Shown one piece after another: positions 30,218-39,263 of a stretch of 64,000 nucleotides of DNA (its first letter is position 1; each line of letters begins with the position of its first letter). The stretch lies in the NCBI GenBank assembly GCA_035285125.1, contig JAYKHR010000173.1, positions 1 to 64,000 of the forward strand. Direction: 5' to 3'. The position numbers and the translations under genes are program-made. Below the pieces are notes generated by a model, which was given only the letters and a program-made list of their open reading frames with translations, did not search any database and had not been told where the DNA came from. The DNA comes from Candidatus Sericytochromatia bacterium (GTDB lineage: Bacteria > Cyanobacteriota > Sericytochromatia > S15B-MN24 > JAQBPE01).

Positions 30218-31938
30218 TGCGACGCGCCTGGGCCCCCCTGCTCCTCTGCGCTGCGATCGGGTTGGGCTTCCAACTCGGGGCCATCCCACAGGCCCTGGCC
30301 GCCCCTGCCGACGCGGCGACGGTGGTGACGGGCATCAGCTGGGATGCCGGACGCGAGGCCTATGTCGTCCGGGCCACGGGCCCCCTGCAGCCACGCCTCA
30401 GCCAGCTGGACGCCCCGCCGCGCTTGGTGATCGACCTTCCGGGGGCCCAGCTCGCGCCAGACCACCTCGGGCTCCCCGGGGTGCGGGCCATGGGCGTCTC
30501 CCGAGTCCGGGCAGGCCAGCCTGTGCCGGGCACGACCCGGGTGGTGCTGGACCTGCTCCGCCCCGTGCGCCCGCGCCTCGTTGCGTTCGACGGCGGGCTG
30601 CTGGTGGGCCTCGGCGCCTCCACGCCAGCCGTGGGCCAGCCAGCGCCCCGCAGCACCTCATCCATCCAGGGGATCCGCCACAAAAACGGCAGCCTCTTCG
30701 TGCTGATGGACGTGCCCCGTCCGTACTGGAGCCACGTGATCCCTGCGGGTGGCGGTCGCACCCGGCTTCGGTTGATCTTTCCCAACACCACCCTCGGGCC
30801 TGGGGTCTTCGGCACGGTCGCCATTGGCTCCCACGGGCTGGAGCGCCTGACGGCGACGCAAGCCCAGGGTGAGGCCAGGCTCGACATCGACATGACGCGA
30901 CCGCCGGCGTTCGAGATTGTTCAGCGGCAAAACGGGTGGTACCTGCGTTCGGAGGCCCTGACGACGGCCCGCGCCCCGGGCACACCGGCTCCCGCCCCTG
31001 ACCTGCCACCGGCCGAGCGAGCGCCCGACCTCCCCCGCGTGGCTGCCACGAGCGCCCCCGAGCCTGTCCGCGGACAACCCGAGGCCCCGCTGACCCTGCG
31101 CAAGGTCGGCAACAGCTGGACGATGCACGTCGCGACAAGCCGCCCCGTCCGCTGGCGGGTCGTGCCCGTCGGAGACGACAGGCTCCACGTGGAGCTCCAG
31201 GGTGGCTCGCTGGCCGTGCCACGCGACTCGGTGTACATCGACAACGGCCTGATTGCCCGCGTGAGGGCCACGCGCGCGCCCGGAGACCTGACACGGCTGA
31301 CGATCGACCTCGACCAGCCCGTGCGCCACCTGGCCCGTGAGCTGCCAGACCGCCGGGGCCTCGCGCTGAGCTTCTCTCGACTCAGCAAGATGCGCGTGAC
31401 GCTGGACCCTGGCCACGGCGGCACCGACAGCGGCACCACCGGGCGCGGCGGCACCCGCGAGAAAGACGTCACGCTGGCCATCGCCACGCGCGTCGCCAGG
31501 ACGATGGAGGCCAACGGACTCAGCGTGCAGATGACGCGCATGCGGGACCTCGAGATCCTGCTCCGGCCGCGTGTCGAGATGGCGAACCGCAACGACTCCG
31601 ACGTGTACGTCAGCATCCACGCCAACTCCTTCGGCGAGCAGCGCGGCGTGAAGGGCATCGAGACCTACTACTTCAGCGACGAGAGCTACCCGCTGGCCAG
31701 GGCCGTCCATCGGTCCCTGGTGCAGGCGCTGGGCCAGCCCGACCGGGGCGTGCGGCGCAACAACTTCTACGTGGTGCATCACACGCGGATGCCGGCCGCT
31801 CTGGTCGAGATCGGCTACCTGTCCAACGCCGAAGAGGAAAAGCTGCTCACGGACCCTGTCTACCAGGAGCGCGCCGCGCAGGCCATCTATGAGGGCGTGA
31901 AGCAGTTTATGGGCAGCCGCAAGGGGCCCCGTCACTGA
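30214..31938 (+). CDS. N-acetylmuramoyl-L-alanine amidase (Amidase_3) with AMIN-like domains
   Basis: Signal peptide; PPRLVIDL, RVVLDL; VTLDPGHGGTD, EKDVTL, VSIHANS, GIETYY, ALVEIGYLSN. Confidence 0.93.
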   Translation: MMRRAWAPLLLCAAIGLGFQLGAIPQALAAPADAATVVTGISWDAGREAYVVRATGPLQPRLSQLDAPPRLVIDLPGAQLAPDHLGLPGVRAMGVSRVRAGQPVPGTTRVVLDLLRPVRPRLVAFDGGLLVGLGASTPAVGQPAPRSTSSIQGIRHKNGSLFVLMDVPRPYWSHVIPAGGGRTRLRLIFPNTTLGPGVFGTVAIGSHGLERLTATQAQGEARLDIDMTRPPAFEIVQRQNGWYLRSEALTTARAPGTPAPAPDLPPAERAPDLPRVAATSAPEPVRGQPEAPLTLRKVGNSWTMHVATSRPVRWRVVPVGDDRLHVELQGGSLAVPRDSVYIDNGLIARVRATRAPGDLTRLTIDLDQPVRHLARELPDRRGLALSFSRLSKMRVTLDPGHGGTDSGTTGRGGTREKDVTLAIATRVARTMEANGLSVQMTRMRDLEILLRPRVEMANRNDSDVYVSIHANSFGEQRGVKGIETYYFSDESYPLARAVHRSLVQALGQPDRGVRRNNFYVVHHTRMPAALVEIGYLSNAEEEKLLTDPVYQERAAQAIYEGVKQFMGSRKGPRH

Positions 31939-31951
31939 GGGAGGCGGGCCC

Positions 31952-32428
31952 TCACGCAGGGTCCAGGCGGCACGTCATCTCGACCACCCCGGCCGTGTAG
32001 CCGAGCGCCTCGTAGAGGTGGCGAGCAGGGGCGTTGGCCGCGGCCACGTAGAGGCGCAGGCGCGCCACGCCGTGGCAGGCTGCCTGGGCTCGCACGTGCC
32101 CCATCAGCGCCCGCCCGATGCCCTGCCCGCGACAGGCAGGGGCCACCGCGAGACACACCACGAGCCAGTCAGGCAGGTCCGACACGGCGTGGTTGGAGGC
32201 CTGCACCCAGGCCAGCCCCACGGGGCCCTGGCTCGGCTCCACGGCGAACCAGAGGCGTCGCTCAGGGTGGAGCCAATGGGCCTCGAACAGGGCGTCCAGA
32301 CGCTCCCGGCGGGTCACGCGCCCCAACAAGGCCAGATCCGGGTAGGAGACCTCTGCGGCGTCCTGGAACCACGCCCGCGCCAGCCGCCGCTCCTCGGGAG
32401 CGCCCGTGTCAGCACCGATCCTCACCAC
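31952..32428 (-). CDS. GNAT acetyltransferase
   Basis: LAVAPACRGQGIGRALM, NAPARHLYEALGY; GGAGG before GTG 32428. Confidence 0.85.
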   Translation of the reverse strand: MVRIGADTGAPEERRLARAWFQDAAEVSYPDLALLGRVTRRERLDALFEAHWLHPERRLWFAVEPSQGPVGLAWVQASNHAVSDLPDWLVVCLAVAPACRGQGIGRALMGHVRAQAACHGVARLRLYVAAANAPARHLYEALGYTAGVVEMTCRLDPA

Positions 32429-32517
32429 CGGGCACCTCCATTCGACCCGGCGGGCCTCAAGCCCACCCCTCCGAGCGCCGAAGCCATCCACGTCCGCCCC
32501 CGAGCCCCGGAGTCCGC

Positions 32518-33348
32518 GTGTTCATCGACCCCGCCTTGCACGAACGGTTCGTCGACGAGTTCGGTCTCAACATGATCAACACGCTCACAGGCCACGACCG
32601 GCGGGTGATCGCCCGGCGGGCCATCCACGTCTTCGATGAGCGAGGCGGGGTGATGGGAGGCGCCAACGACACGTTGCAAGCCTATCAGAATCTCACGACG
32701 GGCGTGTTCCACACCCACGGGCATAAGGTCGTCGGCGTCCGCTACAGGTGTGAACCTGAAGCGGTTGGGGCTCCCGCACTGGGTGCCTTCCACACCCACC
32801 CCGCCTTGTGGACCCCGGCGGCAGCCAGGCTGCGACGCCGGATCGACCAGCTGCTGTGGCTTTCGGAGGCCGACCGGGCCGCCTTCAGGGAACAACACCG
32901 TATCTATGGCTACCGGTGGCACTTCGTGGGCTGCGTGGACATCGCCTGTTTCCACATCGCGGATCTGGACCGGGGCCGCGAACACCCCCGCTTCGTCCTG
33001 CGGTATCCACACCTGGAAAGGCTGATGGCCCGCCTGGAGCCCGTGATCGCCCACTACGATCGACGCTTGCAACAGACCCTGCGCGCCCCGGGGCGGCGCG
33101 GTCATCGGACGGTTGCCGGCGTGGTCCGCGACCTGACGGGTCACGAGGCCGACCGGGAGGGTGCCGCTGGGACGCTGGCCCCCGCGGTGGCAGCCACGCT
33201 GGCGCGGTGCATCGATGACGAGTGCCGCCTTCGGGGCGTCGTCCCGCCCACCTTGGAGCGGGTGGTGCCCCAGGCCCACGCCACCGACGGGCCGCCCCCC
33301 CCGGGTCCCCAGGCGATGCGAGAGCCGGCCCGACGTGACCACAGGTGA
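32518..33348 (+). CDS. hypothetical protein with JAB/MPN+-like metal-binding motif
   Basis: DERGGVMG ... GAFHTHP ... LSEAD resembles E-xn-HxH-xn-SxxD; GGAG before GTG. Confidence 0.55.
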   Translation: MFIDPALHERFVDEFGLNMINTLTGHDRRVIARRAIHVFDERGGVMGGANDTLQAYQNLTTGVFHTHGHKVVGVRYRCEPEAVGAPALGAFHTHPALWTPAAARLRRRIDQLLWLSEADRAAFREQHRIYGYRWHFVGCVDIACFHIADLDRGREHPRFVLRYPHLERLMARLEPVIAHYDRRLQQTLRAPGRRGHRTVAGVVRDLTGHEADREGAAGTLAPAVAATLARCIDDECRLRGVVPPTLERVVPQAHATDGPPPPGPQAMREPARRDHR

Positions 33349-33407
33349 TGACCAGCCGCGCCCGGGCTGGTATCATTACGGCTAGCCCGTTCGAGGAACG
33401 CCCCTGG

Positions 33408-33974
33408 ATGGCCGAGCCGGACCTGAAACTGGATTCCCCCTGTCCACGTTGCGGCACGCCCCACCCCCTCCAGGCGCGCCGCTGCAGGCACTGCTACCAC
33501 GACCTCTCAGTACGGATGGAACGCTCCAACCCCAACCCCTTGCTGGAGTTCGCGCGGCCTCTTGTGGTTTGCGAGGCCTGCGGCAAGTCCAACCCGTTCA
33601 GTTCGGACGTCTGCCTGGAATGCGGCGGCGATATGATCCCGGCCCAGGAGGCTGGGGTCGCCCCAGGCGCGGACGCGAGCGCCCTCCTGTCGGGCAAGCC
33701 CCGCGCGGGCAGGCAGCGCCGGCGGGCCGCGACCGCCGCCGTGGGGAGGCACCTCTCGATCGCCCTGCTGATGCGAGTGGCGGCGCTGGGTTTCCTTTTC
33801 TGGGGCGTCGTCGACACGAGCGTGTGGCTCACGCGCACCAACGAGACCCTCGCCCCCGGCAACCCGGCGGCGCTTCAGTACACCGTTTTCGCGGTCTACG
33901 AGCTTATTCGCAACGCCTCCTTGGTACTGGGCGTCTGGCTGCTGACCTCGCTCGGCGGGCGGCGACCGGGCTGA
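33408..33974 (+). CDS. double zinc-ribbon membrane protein
   Basis: CPRCG..CRHC and CEACG..CLECG, then two C-terminal TM segments; GAGGA RBS, TGGTATCAT -10. Confidence 0.8.
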   Translation: MAEPDLKLDSPCPRCGTPHPLQARRCRHCYHDLSVRMERSNPNPLLEFARPLVVCEACGKSNPFSSDVCLECGGDMIPAQEAGVAPGADASALLSGKPRAGRQRRRAATAAVGRHLSIALLMRVAALGFLFWGVVDTSVWLTRTNETLAPGNPAALQYTVFAVYELIRNASLVLGVWLLTSLGGRRPG

Positions 33975-33990
33975 GCCGGCCAGCCGGGCG

Positions 33991-34200
33991 TCAGCGGCGC
34001 CTGACGAGCCTCAGCCGCTGGCCGTCGCGGAGTGCCCCACCGGACCCGAGCTCGTGCCCGGCGGCATCCGCCAGGAAGGCGTCTCCCGCGGCGATGACCA
34101 TGCGCTCGGGCTCGGGCAGTCGCCCCACCAGCATCCAGACCTGAGCCCCCTGCCGGAAGCCGTGTGGCACCCCGTCGAGCCAGACCGTGATGGGCTCCAA
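33991..34200 (-). CDS. small protein, possible beta-grasp (ThiS/ubiquitin-like) fold without C-terminal GG
   Basis: ITVWLDG at N-terminus, LRDGQRLRLV at C-terminus, 69 aa; TTG start 4 nt after the uppP stop. Confidence 0.55.
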   Translation of the reverse strand: MEPITVWLDGVPHGFRQGAQVWMLVGRLPEPERMVIAAGDAFLADAAGHELGSGGALRDGQRLRLVRRR

Positions 34201-34204
34201 GGCG

Positions 34205-35098
34205 TCACCCCCCGATCTTGGGGGCCCAACCCATGGCCACGAGGAACAGGATCAGGCTCCCCAGCGCCACGCGGTACAGCACGAAGGTCAGCATCGTGCG
34301 CGAGGCGAGGAAGCGCAGCAGGAAGGCGATGCAGGCGTAGCCGCTCAGGGCGGCGGCCGCCGCGCCCAGTGCCATCCAAGGCGCCAGCGCCTGCAAGCTG
34401 GCATCCTCGAAGAGGTGCCTGAGCTTGAAGACCGTGCTGCCGAGGATCACGGGAAAGCCCAGCAGAAAGGAGAACCGAGCCGCATCCGCACGGGACAGTC
34501 CCAGCAACAGGCCCATCGTGATCGTCGCCCCACTGCGCGAGACGCCCGGCACCAGCGCGCAGGCCTGCGCGACACCGATGAGCACGGCGTCCTTCAGGCG
34601 CAGGTCTTGCCAGGCCCTGTGCCCCGAGGCGCGGCGGTCGATGACCCAGATGAGCAGGGCCACGCCGATCAGGGTGCCCGCGATGACCAGCGGGGAACGC
34701 AGGGTGGTTTCGACCCACTTCTCGATCAGCACGCCCGCCAGGACCGCAGGCACGGAACCCGCCACGACCATCCAGGCGAGCACGCCGTGCGGGTCGGGCG
34801 CGGCTGGCCCGGAGGGAGCCTCCAGGGCAGCCGCGCCCAGGGACCGCGGAGAAGGCGTCCGACGCAGCAGCCCGATGAGGGACCGCGCGAAGGCCACGGC
34901 CATGCGGCGCAGGTCGTCCCAAAAGTAGGCCGTCACGGCGATCAGGGTGCCCGCGTGCAGGGCGACGTCGAAGGTGTGGCCGGGGTCCTGCCAGCCGAAG
35001 GCCCAGGGCACGAGCGCGAGGTGCGCGGTGCTGCTGATGGGCAAGAACTCGGTGAGGCCTTGCACGATGCCGAGGGTGATGGCCTGAAATGCGTCCAC
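34205..35098 (-). CDS. uppP: undecaprenyl-diphosphate phosphatase
   Basis: LGIVQGLTEFLPISSTAHL, FDVALHAGT, ALVPGVSRSGATI, AARFSFLL, FVLYR. Confidence 0.97.
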   Translation of the reverse strand: MDAFQAITLGIVQGLTEFLPISSTAHLALVPWAFGWQDPGHTFDVALHAGTLIAVTAYFWDDLRRMAVAFARSLIGLLRRTPSPRSLGAAALEAPSGPAAPDPHGVLAWMVVAGSVPAVLAGVLIEKWVETTLRSPLVIAGTLIGVALLIWVIDRRASGHRAWQDLRLKDAVLIGVAQACALVPGVSRSGATITMGLLLGLSRADAARFSFLLGFPVILGSTVFKLRHLFEDASLQALAPWMALGAAAAALSGYACIAFLLRFLASRTMLTFVLYRVALGSLILFLVAMGWAPKIGG

Positions 35099-35190
35099 GG
35101 GGCTGTCCTGCGCGAGGGGGGCGCTCAAAGCTAGCACCTCTCGCACACCGGCGCTATGCCGGAGGTCACCACGCGCGTCGTCGACGGCGC

Positions 35191-36918
35191 CTACAGCATG
35201 TCCGCGCGCAGGACCTCGCCCGTATAAACTTCAGCGCCGGTGCCGTCGTACGAGTGGCCCCCCACGAGGTACAGCTGCTGCTGGTTGCGCGGCCCGTGCA
35301 GCGCAGCCCCGAGCCCGGCCCGGGCGGCAGGCAGGCTGGGCGCCTCATCCGACGCGTAGGTCCTCACGGTCCTGGCAACGGGATCGAAGGCCACGGTGTT
35401 GCGCAGCACCAGCTTGGACGCCCCCACGCTCGCGTCGCCACCAAACACCCAGACCAGGCCATCCATCGCCACGGCAGCCGGGTGCGTGACGCCCCGCGGC
35501 AGGCCCACGGGCTCTCGCGTCCAGGTGTCGGAGAAAGGGTCGTACCGGAGGATCGGCGTGGGCTTCAGGCCCGTGGTCGTGATGCCCCCGACCAGAAATA
35601 GCTGGCCGTCCAGGCCCACGAGGCGGGCCCCAGACCTCCCCACGCCCTCGGGCATGTCGGCCCGCTTCTCCCACGCCAGGCCGACCTTGGCGCCGGTTCG
35701 GGGGTCGATCTCGAGCCGGTACAGCGTGGGCACGGTCTGGGAGAAATCCACGTCCGTGAACCCGCCCGCGACGTAAAGGTACCGGTCCAACACCGCCACC
35801 GCGGGGTCCACAACGGTGACGGGCAGGTTCACGCCATTCTCCACCTTGTCCGTGCTCACGTTGTAGATGCGCATGTCGTTGGCTGGCACCAGCGTGGCGG
35901 GGTCCGTTCGAGACTGCCCGCCCACCACGTAGAGACGCTCGTTGAGCGCGGCGAGCCCGGGGCGGCGGCGGTAGGGCACGCTCGTGCTGGGGGCCCCCAC
36001 GGCCGGGATGGCGTTCCATCCGAACTCCACCGCGTCGAGCGGCAACCGGGAGAGCCCGTCGAACTCGCTCGTCGCGTTCTCTCCAAACCACGAGAAGAGC
36101 TGGCCTCCGAGCGCCGCGAAGCCGTGGTGGGCCCGCGGCGGGTTGATGGCCGGCAGGGCCCGGGCCGTCGGCCGGGCGGGCGTGACCTCCGTGGTCGTCA
36201 CCCAGCCACGAAGCAACAGAGGCTTGCGGAAGGGCAGCTCCGCCGTGGAGGTGGCCCCCTGGCTGGTCACGGCCGTGACCCTCAGGGCATGGTCGCCTGC
36301 CCGGACCGGCGTCTTGTCCGCTTCCTCGATGCTGTTGACCATGTGCGGGCTCCAGTCCTCGATGACCAGTTCCGTGCCCGTCGGGCTGTCCTTCGCGAAC
36401 AGCTCGACGCCGTCGTAAGTCACCACGATCCGGTTCACCTTGACGGGCGACGCGTCCATCGGCTCGAAGCGCACCTTGATATCCATGGCCGAGGCGGTGA
36501 AGTCGGCCTCTCGCGTGGGCTCGGCGAAGCTCACCTTGACCCGGGGCACGGGCGTGGGCAGCGGCGACGGAGAGGGCTTGGGCGTGGGGCTGACCGTCGG
36601 CGTGGGCGCCGGCGTCGGCGTCGCGTCCGGCTGCTCCGGCACGTCCGTGCCCGGCGTCGGTGAAGCCGCGGATGGAACCGTGGAGGGAACGGGCACCGTG
36701 CCTGAGGCCCCGGGATCGGCCGAGGCGCCGGGCGCCCCGGAGGCCGCTGGCGAGGGCGCCCCCGAGCCAGGCGTCGGCGTGGGCAAGGAGCTGACGGCGT
36801 TCGGGACGTCCTCACACCCAGCCGCCAGAACCAGCGTGATCAGCAAGGCGGTGGAGAGCCGCCGCGGAGACCAGGGCGGCAGGACAGACGGGCGCTGGGA
36901 GGTGGACTTGCCAGTCAC
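35191..36918 (-). CDS. lipoprotein: Pro/Thr linker, Ig-like domain, Kelch-repeat propeller
   Basis: Lipobox LAAGC; PTPT linker; repeated LYVVGG/LYVAGG/LFLVGG/VWVFGG/LYLVGG with YDP..W. Confidence 0.85.
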   Translation of the reverse strand: MTGKSTSQRPSVLPPWSPRRLSTALLITLVLAAGCEDVPNAVSSLPTPTPGSGAPSPAASGAPGASADPGASGTVPVPSTVPSAASPTPGTDVPEQPDATPTPAPTPTVSPTPKPSPSPLPTPVPRVKVSFAEPTREADFTASAMDIKVRFEPMDASPVKVNRIVVTYDGVELFAKDSPTGTELVIEDWSPHMVNSIEEADKTPVRAGDHALRVTAVTSQGATSTAELPFRKPLLLRGWVTTTEVTPARPTARALPAINPPRAHHGFAALGGQLFSWFGENATSEFDGLSRLPLDAVEFGWNAIPAVGAPSTSVPYRRRPGLAALNERLYVVGGQSRTDPATLVPANDMRIYNVSTDKVENGVNLPVTVVDPAVAVLDRYLYVAGGFTDVDFSQTVPTLYRLEIDPRTGAKVGLAWEKRADMPEGVGRSGARLVGLDGQLFLVGGITTTGLKPTPILRYDPFSDTWTREPVGLPRGVTHPAAVAMDGLVWVFGGDASVGASKLVLRNTVAFDPVARTVRTYASDEAPSLPAARAGLGAALHGPRNQQQLYLVGGHSYDGTGAEVYTGEVLRADML

Positions 36919-37155
36919 GTTGGAAGGACCTCTCTCGGGTCACCGGGCGGGGCGGAGCGGCGCGCCCCTTGCCCCTGTATCGGAGGGGTGCCCGCGCGCC
37001 TGTAGCCTGCCTCATTATTCCCGGCATCCGCGCGCCGTGGCAACGGGGCCGCGCGGCGTGTCCCGGATCGCAGACCCGCGAGCCGGCGGCGCGGCACCAT
37101 CAGGACGGCGCGGGCAGCCCGAGCCACCTCCGTTTTGCCGCGCGAGATTCCAGGT

Positions 37156-39228
37156 ATGAAGCCACTTGTGGAGCCAACCAGCCGTTCTTCTCGTCCCCCC
37201 TTGCGGCGCGACGCCACGCTGCTGATCGCCTGCCTGACGCTGGCCTCTGGCTGTGGCACGGACGTCGCGCTGCTGGACGCGGCCAAGACCTCGGTGCGGA
37301 CGGCCCGGCTGCCGAACGGCCTCGCGTCCGGCGCTGGCCCCGGGTCCACCTCGCTGGTCGGGCCCAAGGGTGATCGCGGCGAGCCGGGGCCCGTGGGTCC
37401 GACGGGCCCTGGCGGGCCGGCCGGGCCAGCAGGCCCCCAGGGGGCCGAGGGGCCGACAGGTGTCACCGGGCCTGTGGGGCCGCGCGGCCCGGTGGGCGTT
37501 GGCGAACAGGGCCCACCGGGCGCGACCCCAGTCACCGTGACCACGGGGCCGTTCCAGCTTGGGACCGCGGAGGCGAGCCTGCCCGTCGAACGAGAGGCTG
37601 CCTTTGCCCCCGGCACCGTGATCCTGGTGCGTGGCGGCACCCAGAGCTTCCATGCCGTGGTCACGCGGCAAGACGAGCGGTCCTTGCGCATCTTGCCCCT
37701 CAACTACGCTGAGGACGCCCCCCCCAACACGAGCTTTGTGGCCGGCAGCAGCGTCGGCGTCGCGGGCTTGAAGGGGCCCCAGGGCGATCGCGGCCTCACA
37801 GGCCCCGCAGGCGTGGCGGGCCCCCCGGGCGCAGCCCCCATCTCGACGCTGACGGCCTCGTACACGGTAGCCCCAGGGGACGCAACGCTCAACGTGGCCG
37901 ACACCGCGGCCTTCATCAGAGGCAGCGTCCTGCTCATCAGCCAGGGTGGGCAGTTGCTCTACGTGACGCTTCGCGACAAGACGGGCACCACCGTGACCAT
38001 CGCACCGCTCGCCACGGCAGGCGCAGCCCCGGACGGTGCGGTGTTCCCCGTGGGCGCTTCGATCGCCGTCGTGGGCGCCCAGGGCCCCCAGGGCATCCAG
38101 GGGCCCAACGGCCCCTCCCCCTTCACGACCCTCACGGCCGCCTACACGGTGGGCACCAGCGACGTCGTGCTGCCCGTGGCTGACGCCCGCGCCTTCGTGG
38201 AGGGAAGCGTGGTGCAGTTCAACAACCTCGGCAACAGGTTCCACGCGCGGGTGGTGGCGGTGGGCACGAACCTGCTCACGCTGTCCCCGCTGACCGTCGC
38301 CGGGGACCAGGGCGTGGGCTTCACGTTCAATGCCGGCACCACCCTCGGCGTCACGGGTCCGGTGGGCCCCCAGGGCATTCAGGGCATCCAGGGCCCGGTC
38401 GGTCCGGCAGGCCCCGTGGGACCCGCTGGACCAGTGGGGCCGCAGGGGATTTCTGGCACCGCCACCACCATCGCAGACACGGCCAGTTACACCGTCGGGG
38501 ATCCGCTGAACCCGCTCAATCAGATCGTCGCCGTCGGCAGTGGCGCGGGCTTTGTGGACGGCTCCGTCATCCTCTTCAGCACGGTCGGCGGCACCTCGCG
38601 CAGCCACGCGAGGCTGGTCACGCACACCGACACCACGCTCACGGTTCGAACCCTCGGGTACATCGGCGACGCAGCCTTGAACACGCTGTTCGGTCCTGGC
38701 ACCCAGGTCGGGGTGGCAGGGCAACAGGGGCCGGCGGGAAACTCCAATTACAAGCTGCTGGCACCGATTTACCCGGGCAATCAGACGACGCGGGCCTTCA
38801 TCAACTCGTTCGGCCTCACCACGGATGGGACCAACGTGCCCGAAAACGCCGGCCATACGCTCTACAACGAGACCTTCCAGTCGCGCTCTGCGGGCACTGG
38901 CGCCTTGCTCACTGGCTACATCCGGTTTCACGCCCGTGCCGATGCCGCGGCGACGTCACGACAGGGCGCGGCGCTCGTCCGGGTGTCCTGGGACGGCGGG
39001 GCCGCGGAACGCCAGCTCACCCTCGGGCGGGTGGACACCTTCTGGGCCCCCGTGGTGCCCATTCACCACTTCTTCCCCTACGCCAACAACACCAATCTTC
39101 ACACCATCGTCGTGTCGACCAACATGGGCGTTGGCGCCATGACCGGGGCGGCTGCTTACACCGACGCGGACAACGCCACGGACTACCCCATCTTGGAGAG
39201 CAGGCTTACCGTCACGGAGTTCTACTAG
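37156..39228 (+). CDS. collagen-like lipoprotein with four repeated beta-rich domains
   Basis: Lipobox-like LASGC; five Gly-X-Y blocks separated by about 80-aa repeats; distinct C-terminal domain. Confidence 0.85.
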   Translation: MKPLVEPTSRSSRPPLRRDATLLIACLTLASGCGTDVALLDAAKTSVRTARLPNGLASGAGPGSTSLVGPKGDRGEPGPVGPTGPGGPAGPAGPQGAEGPTGVTGPVGPRGPVGVGEQGPPGATPVTVTTGPFQLGTAEASLPVEREAAFAPGTVILVRGGTQSFHAVVTRQDERSLRILPLNYAEDAPPNTSFVAGSSVGVAGLKGPQGDRGLTGPAGVAGPPGAAPISTLTASYTVAPGDATLNVADTAAFIRGSVLLISQGGQLLYVTLRDKTGTTVTIAPLATAGAAPDGAVFPVGASIAVVGAQGPQGIQGPNGPSPFTTLTAAYTVGTSDVVLPVADARAFVEGSVVQFNNLGNRFHARVVAVGTNLLTLSPLTVAGDQGVGFTFNAGTTLGVTGPVGPQGIQGIQGPVGPAGPVGPAGPVGPQGISGTATTIADTASYTVGDPLNPLNQIVAVGSGAGFVDGSVILFSTVGGTSRSHARLVTHTDTTLTVRTLGYIGDAALNTLFGPGTQVGVAGQQGPAGNSNYKLLAPIYPGNQTTRAFINSFGLTTDGTNVPENAGHTLYNETFQSRSAGTGALLTGYIRFHARADAAATSRQGAALVRVSWDGGAAERQLTLGRVDTFWAPVVPIHHFFPYANNTNLHTIVVSTNMGVGAMTGAAAYTDADNATDYPILESRLTVTEFY

Positions 39229-39263
39229 GCCCCCGCGCCTGACCATTCCCCGCGGGGGACAGG

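Noticed and set aside
37156..39228. Prophage tail-fibre remnant
   Set aside because: No phage genes nearby, has a lipoprotein-like signal, and codon style matches the host genes
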